A stretch of 59,527 bases of DNA from a virus (lineage: Duplodnaviria; Caudoviricetes), in IMG/VR virus record IMGVR_UViG_3300027976_000042, positions 1 to 59,527 of that record; one strand, 5' to 3'. Positions 1 through 9,761 of this stretch are shown here, piece by piece. The position numbers and the translations under genes are program-made. A model generated the notes under the pieces. That model saw only the letters and a program-made list of their open reading frames with translations. It had not been told where the DNA came from and did not search any database. Position 1 is the stretch's first letter. The number at the start of each line of letters is the position of its first letter.

Positions 1-99
1 CTCCTCGTCGGGGTCGAAGTCGCCAATGAATCCTTGGACTATGCCGTCAATGTCGTCGGTGTAGTCGTTGTCGTTGTAGCTGTATACTTGCTCGTTCAT
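1..99 (-). CDS. Acidic hypothetical protein, runs off the window start (MNEQVYSYNDNDYTDDIDG...)
   Basis: ATG at 97-99 preceded by AAGGAGG; frame open to position 1; read manually, not in the ORF track. Confidence 0.55.
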   Translation of the reverse strand, partial: MNEQVYSYNDNDYTDDIDGIVQGFIGDFDPDEE

Positions 100-133
100 C
101 TCCCCTCCTTCTCGTTAGCCGCGCCTTGGGTGT

Positions 134-394
134 TCATCCGAGAATTGCTCCTCCCTTATCTGCGAGCCGGCGAAGCCATTTCGGTGAATCCTCGATTTGT
201 TCAATCCGGTCCGCCATCGACCGGAGTTGCTCGGGTGAGTAAAATTGAGGGTCGTGGAATCCTCCCCACATCTCCACGTCCTCGCCGTAGGCCTTCGCAA
301 ATGCAGTCATTGCGAGCCATGTCAAGTTGGCGATGTTGACTTTCTCTGGCTCTTCGAAGTTTTCTTCGTCTTTAGGTGTTAGACTCACACTCAT
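134..394 (-). CDS. Hypothetical phage protein (86 aa)
   Basis: Minus-strand ORF collinear with neighbours; plausible composition. Confidence 0.6.
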   Translation of the reverse strand: MSVSLTPKDEENFEEPEKVNIANLTWLAMTAFAKAYGEDVEMWGGFHDPQFYSPEQLRSMADRIEQIEDSPKWLRRLADKGGAILG

Positions 395-404
395 CAGTTT
401 GTTC

Positions 405-444
405 GGTTATTTGGTTATTTGGTTATTTGGTTATTTGGTTATTT
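405..444. repeat. 8-bp tandem repeat (GGTTATTT)x5
   Basis: Five exact copies read directly. Confidence 0.95.
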
Positions 445-727
445 GGTCCGTCGATCGCACCGTAATGGCTGCAACCAGTTCATCCATCTTGGCGACATGG
501 CTGCCGAGCCATGGGAGGGAGCGGGCCTCGGCACGATCAGCGTCTGAACGCCCGACCCACTTAAGCAAGGATACAGCCTCGTTGGTGGCCTTTTTGGCAG
601 CGCTCCAATTGTTTACCGCTTGGGGCGGAGATGGTCGAGTGAGTTGGTGTCTTCGTCTTTGGGTATCAGACTCGCGATTGGCTATTGACGCATGAGTGAT
701 TCTATTCCACTTTGGATTTGCCATCAT
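431..727 (-). CDS. Hypothetical protein (98 aa)
   Basis: ORF ends at a TAA supplied by the 8-bp repeat. Confidence 0.5.
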   Translation of the reverse strand: MMANPKWNRITHASIANRESDTQRRRHQLTRPSPPQAVNNWSAAKKATNEAVSLLKWVGRSDADRAEARSLPWLGSHVAKMDELVAAITVRSTDQITK

Positions 728-814
728 CCCGGATATGATCTTCTACGCCACTTTCTCCAACTTGGTCAGATTATTTTTACTCATTTGGGTTTGTTGTCGC
801 TCACCATTTACTGG

Positions 815-1114
815 TCACTCACTTTTTGAAGCCCTGTTGTTGGCTCGAACAGATACTCTCTTAACTTCCTGTATTTCTTTGCTTAGCCTGCACTTTTTGA
901 CCTTGCTCCACCTAAGGGCCTTCGTTTCCTCGTTGGCAATCTTACACATGATTGTCATTTCTTTTGCTGAATAGACGCCACTGTCGGTCATGAGCAGGAA
1001 CCTGTCATTGCCAGTTCTGCTCCAGACTCTCCTTGCTCTGATCTTGGCTGTTGAGACTTCCCCGAAGGAAAGCACCGTGTCGTCCGTTGGGTCGTATAAT
1101 TCTACTCGTTGCAT
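815..1114 (-). CDS. Basic hypothetical protein (probable start MQRVELYD)
   Basis: ORF track frame; the extension upstream of this ATG looks non-coding and crosses a terminator-like hairpin. Confidence 0.5.
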   Translation of the reverse strand: MQRVELYDPTDDTVLSFGEVSTAKIRARRVWSRTGNDRFLLMTDSGVYSAKEMTIMCKIANEETKALRWSKVKKCRLSKEIQEVKRVSVRANNRASKSE

Positions 1115-1483
1115 ACTAAAAAAAATGCTGGGTGTTGGTGGGGTTGCCCTTTTTGAGGCTGGGCTGCCTATTGTTGATTTCCTCCGACGTCTTTGGTGTT
1201 GCCCAGGTGGACGCTTCCAGTGAGATATTAAAAAAAGACCTGCCCGCCCCACCGGAGTGGAGCTGGCAGATCCCTTCTTTTCTTTGGCGTTAAACCTCCC
1301 GATGCCAGAAGACCCGGGTCATGCCCGGGGAACTTGTGGTCCTGTGGACTTCAGCCAGGGGCTCACCCCCGCCCCAGATGAGGGGCTGACGCCAAGCGAC
1401 CCGCTTGGCGAAGGGGTCGGGGGCGTTTCGATTTTCCCCCTCCTTTGTCCAGTTGGTCGCCTTCCTTGTGGGGGGAGTCCTTA

Positions 1484-2071
1484 TCATAGGCCTCCTCCTT
1501 CGCACATGAACCTGGCGTGGCTTTCTCCAGCCAGCCGATGGAAGGCCCTTGCGTCTCCGAGCCTCGCGAAGCTCCTCACTTCGGCGGGCTCTTGGTCGTC
1601 GACTTTGCGGGCCCTTTCCTTGGCCCGCAAATAGCTCCCGGAGAATAACTCCGGGAAATTACCATTCCAGAACAGAATTACATGCCAGGTCTCTCCGGGA
1701 ATAAGGACTTCTTCAAACGCTACCACCATTATCACCGCTATGACGGCGATTGCGGCGAACGAGAGGGCCGCTACCCCCACCTCGTTCACCTCCATGGCAA
1801 ATGCCACCGAGGCACTTGCCACTAGCCCGACCACCAAACCCGCAAGCACCCTGCCTGCTGGGTGAACCGTTACCCCGCCCAGCCGAAGCCGGAGCTGCAG
1901 GTGGCTGTAGATCACCTTGGCCATCCCCACTAGGATGGCCAAGACCGATGCCGCTGCCGATACGCAGCTGGCGATTATTGTTTCCTCTCCGTCCCTCCGG
2001 AGGAGGGAGACGATGCCAACCACGGCTGCGATAGCCGCCGTAGTTATCAATCCATTTATTATTTTTCTCAT
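1484..2071 (-). CDS. Multi-pass membrane protein (195 aa)
   Basis: About four long hydrophobic segments (e.g. LITTAAIAAVVGIVSLL, VAALSFAAIAVIAVIMVVAF). Confidence 0.65.
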   Translation of the reverse strand: MRKIINGLITTAAIAAVVGIVSLLRRDGEETIIASCVSAAASVLAILVGMAKVIYSHLQLRLRLGGVTVHPAGRVLAGLVVGLVASASVAFAMEVNEVGVAALSFAAIAVIAVIMVVAFEEVLIPGETWHVILFWNGNFPELFSGSYLRAKERARKVDDQEPAEVRSFARLGDARAFHRLAGESHARFMCEGGGL

Positions 2072-2375
2072 AACAGCATGCCCGCTCTTCCCCGGGACTT
2101 GACCGAATTGTTATTGACCTTCTGGACGTCGGTGTCGCCCAGAAGCAAAATCTACAGCATGCCGCCGCCACATCCTCCAGCGGGGAGGAGCGACGACGAC
2201 ACTGCTGTTGTGCCACGTGTGGCTAGAGAGTGAGACTGTAGCTCTCCCCGGAGCAATTGAGCGGGGGGGGGAGCTGCAACTTAAGATAACTTAGGTTGAT
2301 CCCCTGTCTCTGTGTTAAGCCAGAGTTACGGGGTGGCGGCCAGTCGAACCGCAGGGAGCCTTTGGGGGCTATATT

Positions 2376-2419
2376 CCCTTCAAAGTATTATGGCATTTCT
2401 GAGGCTGTTTTTCACCGAT
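2376..2419 (-). promoter_or_regulatory. Class A repeated promoter motif, copy 1
   Basis: ATCGGTGAAAAACAGCCTCAGAAATGCCATAATACTTTGAAGGG; near-identical intergenic copies at 7634 and 33603. Confidence 0.75.
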
Positions 2420-2445
2420 CTCTCGTAGCTGTTCCCTTCACCGAT

Positions 2446-3588
<1,143 letters not shown>

Positions 3589-3595
3589 CGAAGAC

Positions 3596-4123
3596 TTACT
3601 TGTCCAAAGCAGGCGTTGCTACTTTTCTTTTTTTGTCCGATTTTTTCCCAAGAGTGTTCCCGTCTTTCTCGTTGTTCACCAGGGTGTCGGGGATTTTTGC
3701 ATGAAAGTGCTCCCAGACTATTTTCGTGTGGACGCTCGTGTTTCTGTCTGTGCCGGCATCCACGCTGTGATGAAAAAACAGTCCGTCGATGGGCCGCTTC
3801 TTTACGTATGCCGCCAAAGCCCGAACTCCGGGAGATGGAGATTCGGGGTCCCAGATGTCGGTGACTTCCAGATCTTTACTGACGAGAACTGCTCCGCCAA
3901 CATGCCTGATGAATGAGGAGCAGCAATTGCAGTTGTGGCTCTGCCTTTTTGCCTCATCCTTGAAGGCGTCGAGGTAGACGCTGTAAAGCACGTCTCGATC
4001 GTATTTGACGGAAAACAATACATTCTCCTGCTGTTTGTTTTTTCGAATTAAGCCTTCGAATCTTTCCTTGAGGCCCTTCTTGATTCCCGAAAAGCTAGAT
4101 TCTTCTATGTTAGTCGTAGTCAT
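3596..4123 (-). CDS. Conserved phage protein N-terminal domain (HNCNCC motif), possibly truncated
   Basis: YLDAF..RQSHNCNCCSSFIRHVGG and WEHFH resemble the N-terminus of a normally much longer phage protein family (recalled, not searched); A-rich leader. Confidence 0.6.
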   Translation of the reverse strand: MTTTNIEESSFSGIKKGLKERFEGLIRKNKQQENVLFSVKYDRDVLYSVYLDAFKDEAKRQSHNCNCCSSFIRHVGGAVLVSKDLEVTDIWDPESPSPGVRALAAYVKKRPIDGLFFHHSVDAGTDRNTSVHTKIVWEHFHAKIPDTLVNNEKDGNTLGKKSDKKRKVATPALDK

Positions 4124-4227
4124 ATTTTTTTTATTTTTTGTTACGCTGAGTAAACCCTCTATTGTCCCGAAGTCTACTTACTGTGATTCGTCCCCTTGGG
4201 TGGACTTGCTCTTAGATTACTTTGTCG

Positions 4228-4488
4228 TTATTGACATTGGCTTAACATGGAGATTTCCGCCTCGTTAAGCTCCCTGATTGCCCATGCAGCAAACGACGAA
4301 GTGGTCGAACTTCTCTCGTCTCCCACAGAGCCCGGACCGAGAGATTTTTTGATAATCTTGTATCTCAAGGTGTCGGTATTTACCTGACTATCGTATAATA
4401 CAAATTCAGGTCCTTTCCCCACCACGTGGCGAACGGTCCCCCTCATATTTGCATAATAACCTCCAACGTGAATTTTGGTTTTCTTCAT
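4228..4488 (-). CDS. Hypothetical phage protein (86 aa)
   Basis: ORF with A-rich leader; IHVGGYY...SFAAWA pattern. Confidence 0.65.
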   Translation of the reverse strand: MKKTKIHVGGYYANMRGTVRHVVGKGPEFVLYDSQVNTDTLRYKIIKKSLGPGSVGDERSSTTSSFAAWAIRELNEAEISMLSQCQ

Positions 4489-4572
4489 TTATGTTTGTGT
4501 CGTGTTTTCCTGAAAATCTCTGTCTGGGACCAGAAACCTTTTGCTCTGCAGTGAAGGTCGTTCTTCTCGGAT

Positions 4573-4773
4573 CTAAAGACCTTGAAAAAACTTCCGGAAT
4601 GTCAGGCTGATGCGCCAGTCACAGGGTTGAGGGTGCTTTGGGATTCGATGGAGCATCACTTCTTGGAATCCGGGGGGCATGATGAACAGCGAGCCACGCC
4701 CCAGTAAGTAGCGGTCTTCGGAAGGAACCGCTCCTGTTACCTGGATCATGCCGATTCCTTTGCACGTTGGGCA
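4573..4773 (-). pseudogene. alkB: C-terminal remnant of an AlkB-family 2OG-Fe(II) dioxygenase
   Basis: Manual translation: CPTCKGIG-MIQVTGAVPSEDRYLLGRGSLFIMPPGFQEVMLHRIPKHPQPCDWRISLTFRKFFQGL*; GSLxxM..Q..HxIPK..RIxLTFR is the AlkB C-terminal signature; the HxD half is missing. Confidence 0.75.
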
Positions 4774-4774
4774 T

Positions 4775-4808
4775 AAAAAAGCCCGCCCCGCCTTTCGGCA
4801 GAGCGGGC
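4775..4808 (-). terminator. Rho-independent terminator
   Basis: GCCCGC..GCCGAAAGGC..GCGGGC stem followed by TTTTTT on the minus strand, just after the stop at 4825. Confidence 0.75.
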
Positions 4809-4824
4809 CAACTCCAGCCGGGTG

Positions 4825-5628
4825 TTACGCGTCCGGATCTGCCCACTTGAATTTCTGGCTCTCGTAGCCTGTCTCAATGACCCAGTTAATCTTCGTGTCC
4901 GGCGCATAGAAACCTTCGCCATCGGGGTCCTGTCGGCCTCTGGTAAAACTTACATTTGATACTGGGAAGTCCTTTACCTCCACGTCCAGGGCGCTGATTT
5001 CATCTTTTGCCTCGTAGCTTGGCTCCCAATAATCAGTGTCGAGCACGGCTTCCTTCAAGTCGCCGATAAAATTCCTGATCAAGATTGCAGCTTGGGCCGG
5101 TGTGTGGATGTTTTCGATTGCCCAGCGCCCGGTGAATACAGAATCGCTTATGGTCGAGCCAAAAAACGAAGACGGAGAGATGGAAAACCCGTTTCCATTG
5201 TCTCCCATGTCTGCCGCTTTCAGGAAAAAGCCCATTTCATTGAATACCGGCATTAAGGCAGCTTTACCTGCGATGCAAGCCGCCGTCCCGCACGGATTCT
5301 TGGTCCCCCTCTCGATGAGATCTCCGATTTCCTCAGCGCGGTCCTTTGCTGAGACCATGTATCCGCAGAGTCTCCAGGGCAGATAGAACCATGCGTCCAT
5401 TTTTATGTATCCCACTGGTCCGAAACTCTCGAGCTCCCCGACCAGGATCTTGATTCTCTCCAGGAAAGGCTCTTTCAGGGTTACATTTCCGTCTACCACC
5501 GCCATGTCGTCACCATCCGAGTTGAGATACAAAAAATCTGATATCCCTGTATGGTCGCCTTCTTCGAAGTCTTGAAACTTATCTTGCTCAGGAAAATCAA
5601 TCTCTGGCCTTTCTTTTTCTTCACTCAT
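4825..5628 (-). CDS. Hypothetical protein with CGTAACIAG motif (267 aa)
   Basis: Long ORF, A-rich leader, CGTxxCxAG motif typical of small phage proteins. Confidence 0.75.
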   Translation of the reverse strand: MSEEKERPEIDFPEQDKFQDFEEGDHTGISDFLYLNSDGDDMAVVDGNVTLKEPFLERIKILVGELESFGPVGYIKMDAWFYLPWRLCGYMVSAKDRAEEIGDLIERGTKNPCGTAACIAGKAALMPVFNEMGFFLKAADMGDNGNGFSISPSSFFGSTISDSVFTGRWAIENIHTPAQAAILIRNFIGDLKEAVLDTDYWEPSYEAKDEISALDVEVKDFPVSNVSFTRGRQDPDGEGFYAPDTKINWVIETGYESQKFKWADPDA

Positions 5629-5696
5629 TTATTTTTTGCCTTTCGTTTTTGTTACAATGTTGAGAATACCCGGTATGTCCTGGGCCCTGCATTCTC

Positions 5697-5981
5697 TTAC
5701 TCTTCCCTGATTGACAGTAAGTCCGGTAGGTCCTCAAATCCTTCCCCCGTCATTCTCGTCTCTTCGAGATAATTCCCGATAGCGTTCCTGATGTGGTGAG
5801 CCATTGATCCCATTTCCGGCTGCCGATCGCAGAGATGAGCCAAGTCGCAGATCAAGTCTCCTATTACTGTCTCGTTCTCAGCTCGAGTAGCCTCCTGGAA
5901 AGCCTCAATCGCTTTCTTGGCCCAATAGCTTCTGTCGTCGTTCATCCCGTCGACGTCGGGTGGTATCTCTGTATCTGGCAT
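5697..5981 (-). CDS. Conserved hypothetical phage protein (DLICDLAHLCD motif)
   Basis: ORF track frame; start set at MPDTEI, downstream of a hairpin. Confidence 0.65.
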   Translation of the reverse strand: MPDTEIPPDVDGMNDDRSYWAKKAIEAFQEATRAENETVIGDLICDLAHLCDRQPEMGSMAHHIRNAIGNYLEETRMTGEGFEDLPDLLSIREE

Positions 5982-6008
5982 GATTAGTTTGGTGGGGATT
6001 AGCGATAA

Positions 6009-6036
6009 AGCCTCAAGCAATTCCCTGCTTGAGGCT
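6009..6036. terminator. Stable hairpin, probable terminator
   Basis: AGCCTCAAGCA-attccc-TGCTTGAGGCT, perfect 11-bp stem. Confidence 0.55.
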
Positions 6037-6233
6037 CTTCGGTTTTGTCACTTGCCTTTCTTTTTGGTAGCGCCGGGAATGGCCGGAGAGTAGTCAGGTA
6101 AGGATGTGACAACTCCTCTCAGCGACAGCCCACTTAGAGAGTTGTTTGCCGAGCTCAGAACATCTCTCATGAGTTCCTCTCCTCCCTGATTTCTGATCCT
6201 GGTTGTGACCGCCAGCTCAGCGTTGGCGAGTTG

Positions 6234-6422
6234 TCACGATATGTCTTCCTGCTCGAATCGAGCGGACTCTTGCTGATGAATAACCCAGTCTTCGTATCCG
6301 AGCCTTGTGTCTCGACTCCGAACTTCGTCTCTCCAGTCCTCCATTGTAAAGTCTTGGTCTTCAGGCCATAAGGTGTCCAGGACATCCTCAGGGAGATGGT
6401 TTCTTTGGTCGTTTAGGCTCAT
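6234..6422 (-). CDS. Small conserved phage protein (EDWRDEV..DTRLGYEDWV)
   Basis: Recurrent small phage-protein motif; A-rich leader. Confidence 0.65.
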   Translation of the reverse strand: MSLNDQRNHLPEDVLDTLWPEDQDFTMEDWRDEVRSRDTRLGYEDWVIHQQESARFEQEDIS

Positions 6423-6463
6423 TTGTGTGTTAGATAAAAAATTGATTACATTGATCGAAAGTT

Positions 6464-6488
6464 GGCCACCCCCTGTAAAGGGGTGGCC
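6464..6488 (-). terminator. GC hairpin, probable terminator
   Basis: GGCCACCCC-ctgtaaa-GGGGTGGCC directly after the stop at 6493. Confidence 0.5.
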
Positions 6489-6492
6489 GCTT

Positions 6493-7053
6493 CTATTTCG
6501 CCTGACTCAGTCTTTCGCCGACTTCGATAATGGCTTCTTCGATCATCTCGATGGTTGGCTGGAAAGCCCAGACGGGAAGGAGGCTGCCCTTGATCCACGG
6601 TGTGGTTTTTGGGATTTGGTATATCGACTCCGAGAATGAATAAGTCGGAAGTTCATTTGATTCGCTTAGGGTCCATCTGATTTCTTCTGATATCGCCAAC
6701 CAGTCTTGGACGCTGATCCAATCTGGTCTGTTTGGTGAAGTGAGGCACACTCCCCCCATGTGAAAACTGAAATCATTTTGGATGGAGCGGTCGGCTTGGA
6801 GAGTCAGGTAGATCCGAATCGGAACCCACCCTTTGGCATGGGACATATTAATCCCGCTGCCTTCGTTTCTGAGATCCACGTAGGAGAACTGTGAGAAGTA
6901 AACATCTCCCCATGACTTCTTAAAAGCCGACCTCACTCGCTCCACTTCGATAAAAGCGTCGAGTTTCATTTTCATTTCCATTTCTTCCGCCTCCTTTAAG
7001 GCTTTCCCGAAGAATGGAAGCGGGCTTCTTTTTAAGTGAGAGTCTCTTGTCAT
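6493..7053 (-). CDS. Hypothetical protein (186 aa)
   Basis: ATGA overlap with upstream ORF. Confidence 0.65.
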   Translation of the reverse strand: MTRDSHLKRSPLPFFGKALKEAEEMEMKMKLDAFIEVERVRSAFKKSWGDVYFSQFSYVDLRNEGSGINMSHAKGWVPIRIYLTLQADRSIQNDFSFHMGGVCLTSPNRPDWISVQDWLAISEEIRWTLSESNELPTYSFSESIYQIPKTTPWIKGSLLPVWAFQPTIEMIEEAIIEVGERLSQAK

Positions 7054-7541
7054 TTTTTTTGAGGGTTAACGATTATTGCCTCTTCCGCTCTTCTCGCGGA
7101 CGTCAGGACTTCCAACTGAAAATTGTAAGCGGGTCCACCTATGTTTCTTGCCGCTTTGCCTAACCCACACGCTCCTAGATTGCCTAGCCGACCTCCACTT
7201 TCCGTGAATAGAATCGGGGCTTTCACATACTTTTCGATTTCCCAGAGTGCGTCATGGAGGAAGGAGATATCAATGTTCAGGGGTAATGACGTGTGGATTG
7301 TCCACTCACCTCCGGGCAATATCCTCTTAGGCAGGACTAGATCCTCTGATGTCGCCATTTCGGATCCAAGACTCATCGGGAATATGCTTGCCACTCTGTC
7401 GTCAATTTCTCGAATCAAGATCACTGCACCCGGTTTTCTGATCCCATAGGCCTCCCTTACCTGATGTGGGGCCGGGAGACACTTTGGATCCAGCCGTCTA
7501 ATCTCTGGGGGCTGTTGGCCCTGCGTCATTAATCTTTCCAT
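7050..7541 (-). CDS. Hypothetical protein (163 aa)
   Basis: First ORF downstream of class A promoter copy 2. Confidence 0.65.
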   Translation of the reverse strand: MERLMTQGQQPPEIRRLDPKCLPAPHQVREAYGIRKPGAVILIREIDDRVASIFPMSLGSEMATSEDLVLPKRILPGGEWTIHTSLPLNIDISFLHDALWEIEKYVKAPILFTESGGRLGNLGACGLGKAARNIGGPAYNFQLEVLTSARRAEEAIIVNPQKK

Positions 7542-7633
7542 GCTGTTCGTAATGGGGGGGGTTGGGGAGAGAGAGCTAACAGCTCTCCCTCCCCCCGGAA
7601 CCCAACCGGTATAGAAAAGTTCAGGGTTGGGGC

Positions 7634-7676
7634 ACCATCAAAGTATTATGGCGTTTTTGGGCTGTTTTTCACCGAT
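7634..7676 (-). promoter_or_regulatory. Class A repeated promoter motif, copy 2
   Basis: ATCGGTGAAAAACAGCCCAAAAACGCCATAATACTTTGATGGT. Confidence 0.75.
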
Positions 7677-8086
7677 CAGTCCTCCCAAATGTTTGGGTGG
7701 GTTTGCAGATATTCCTTTACCTTTTTTGCATTTTCCGCCGACTTAGACGGGTTTTCGCCAAGGTTCATGTCCGCTCGGAAGAACTCCCATCCCAACTCGA
7801 CAGACATGAAATGTCTCATAGCTCTGATAGCCTCTATGGATTTTTCAAATTTCTCCTCAGATGCATCTCGATCTTTGATCGCAGTCTCGACTCTGGCGCT
7901 AAGATCTCGGACTTCCCGCTCTCTTGCGTTGTAAGCCTTTTCTGCTGCTTTCCAGTTGTCCAGCATGCACTTCCGATCGTTGCCCAGCCCCTTCACTCTT
8001 GTGATCAGGGGGCCCTCTTCTGTGACTGCGTCTCCGCTGTAATTCTCGATCCAGGCGGCGTTGATCGATTCGATTAATTTTTGCAT
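7676..8086 (-). CDS. Coiled-coil hypothetical protein (136 aa)
   Basis: ORF with A-rich leader; charged helical centre. Confidence 0.65.
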   Translation of the reverse strand: MQKLIESINAAWIENYSGDAVTEEGPLITRVKGLGNDRKCMLDNWKAAEKAYNAREREVRDLSARVETAIKDRDASEEKFEKSIEAIRAMRHFMSVELGWEFFRADMNLGENPSKSAENAKKVKEYLQTHPNIWED

Positions 8087-8148
8087 TTTTCATTTTTAGT
8101 TTCCGTCTTTTAAGTCTCTGAGTCTCGGGGGGTCGGACCCCGAGAACT

Positions 8149-8355
8149 TTAAGCCAGAGTGGAGAGAGCTTGTCTCCCATGAGGAATAATCTTGTCCAGG
8201 ACAAGACCTTTCGTTTCGCATTCAGGGCAGATCCCTGGAGCGAGTGTCAGTTGTTCCCCGGTTATCGGATTTTTGACTTCAACGACTTCCGGGGTAAACC
8301 GCTTCCGGCACGACCTACAAGGTCGAGGGGCAGTGACAGATAGTTGAGTTTCCAT
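8149..8355 (-). CDS. Small Zn-ribbon protein, probably leaderless (METQLSV..CRSC..CPEC)
   Basis: Two CxxC pairs; ATG 6 nt after the CATAAT of class A copy 4. Confidence 0.55.
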   Translation of the reverse strand: METQLSVTAPRPCRSCRKRFTPEVVEVKNPITGEQLTLAPGICPECETKGLVLDKIIPHGRQALSTLA

Positions 8356-8392
8356 CACAGTATTATGGCTGATTCCTGCCCGTTTTTGCCAT
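8351..8392 (-). promoter_or_regulatory. Class A repeated promoter motif, divergent copy 4
   Basis: GGCAAAAACGGGCAGGAATCAGCCATAATACTGTGATGGA; same spacing and +1 context as the other copies. Confidence 0.55.
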
Positions 8393-8491
8393 CCCGGGTT
8401 AGAGCCCCGGAACTTGGCATCCTCCTTTGCCACCGAAGCCTGCGCGGAACTATTCGGTGTCCAATGGCTCGTCCTGGTCTTTCTCCTGGGT

Positions 8492-8845
8492 TTACGACAT
8501 CTCGATTCCTTCCGGTTCGGGACTTCCGGGAGGGTTCAGTTGCTGAGGTCCTGAACGCCGCCACGTCTCTTCGTCAATCTCCAGGAAGACGGGGCCGTCT
8601 TCTCCGGTGAATGTCCCTTCGACGTTGAATGAGAGATATTCATCTGCCTCTTCCTCGGTCATGCTGGAGTGCCGAATCAACTCTTCAATCATACCCTGCC
8701 TGTCGTAGCAAACACGAGGTGCGATGTCGATCCCCGATATTACGCCAACGATGCAGGACTCGAATCCGTTAAGAAAAACGCAATTCATATTGTCCAAGTC
8801 GAAACCGGCTATGTGCCCCCTCTTTAGGATCTCGGTTTGATCCAT
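8492..8845 (-). CDS. Conserved hypothetical phage protein (117 aa)
   Basis: GFESCIVG..VCYD..MTEEEADEYLSFNVEG..GPVF matches a widespread phage family pattern. Confidence 0.7.
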   Translation of the reverse strand: MDQTEILKRGHIAGFDLDNMNCVFLNGFESCIVGVISGIDIAPRVCYDRQGMIEELIRHSSMTEEEADEYLSFNVEGTFTGEDGPVFLEIDEETWRRSGPQQLNPPGSPEPEGIEMS

Positions 8846-8849
8846 GATA

Positions 8850-9197
8850 TCAGGAAGCGACTTTGGGTCTCCGTTTCACGGCACGTCCGCCGTCAAACCA
8901 CTTGGGCCCAACGGTCCGAGACACGAAAGTCCTCCACGAGGCATTCCCCCCATATTGACTGTGGAGTCTCTTCAGGAGCATCGTCTCGATGGCTCCCGGC
9001 GAGGCCTTGCTGGAGTAGATGCCGTGCTTCTGAAGCGACTTCGCTAACTCCCAGAGCGCCTCTTCTTTCCCTGACTTGAGATGGCTGACCATAGCGAGGC
9101 CGAATGACGAAAAGAAATCCTGCCGATCGGCGTGAAGAATTTCCGCTGCATCGCTGAATTTGTTCCGGGCTACTTTAGTCCCTGGCTTGAATTTCAT
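8850..9197 (-). CDS. Hypothetical protein (115 aa)
   Basis: ORF with long A-rich leader. Confidence 0.6.
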   Translation of the reverse strand: MKFKPGTKVARNKFSDAAEILHADRQDFFSSFGLAMVSHLKSGKEEALWELAKSLQKHGIYSSKASPGAIETMLLKRLHSQYGGNASWRTFVSRTVGPKWFDGGRAVKRRPKVAS

Positions 9198-9239
9198 ACT
9201 TTTGATTTTTACTTTTTGTTTTTGCTTTGTTTTATCGAG

Positions 9240-9761
9240 TCACTCTGACTCTCCTTGACTAAGAATCTTTGCCTCTGCCATTTGTAGCAGAAACCTCCTA
9301 ACGTCTATCATCTCCTGACACCTGAAAAACGACTTCGCGTAAATCCTAACTTCACCTTTAAATGCGCTGGCCCTGATATTATGTCCGTTTTCCTCCAGGT
9401 ATTCTTTGCAACCATCTTCAGTGAATGTGATCATCTGATCGACCCATCGAGTCTGGTAACTGTATTCGGTGAAATCCCCTTGACCTTCGTCAGCCTCCTC
9501 GTCGGGGTCAAAATCAGGATCGCCCTCTCCTGGATGCAAATCGAAAACCCATTCGCCGTCGGCAAGTGAGAGCCAGCACCGCTTGTCAAACCAGCCCACT
9601 TCGTATCCAGGATCTGCTTCCAGGGACTGAACGCAGAACATCGGATTTATTGTGCTCCGGTTGTCCTGAGTTCTGATTTTCTCCCCTATCCCGGCCGCTA
9701 TTTCTTTGAGGCGTTCCAGGCGTTCTTTACGCTCTTCGGGGCTTTTCTCTTGTCGGGCCAC
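9240..9761 (-). CDS. Conserved phage protein resembling the domain found in Ead/Ea22-like proteins
   Basis: QDNRST.NPMFCV...FTEDGCKEYLEENGHN...RIYA.S..RCQEM pattern. Confidence 0.5.
   Translation of the reverse strand: MARQEKSPEERKERLERLKEIAAGIGEKIRTQDNRSTINPMFCVQSLEADPGYEVGWFDKRCWLSLADGEWVFDLHPGEGDPDFDPDEEADEGQGDFTEYSYQTRWVDQMITFTEDGCKEYLEENGHNIRASAFKGEVRIYAKSFFRCQEMIDVRRFLLQMAEAKILSQGESE

Noticed and set aside
2330-2380. tRNA at the GGTTCGACT motif
   Set aside because: No acceptor, D or anticodon arms could be folded around it
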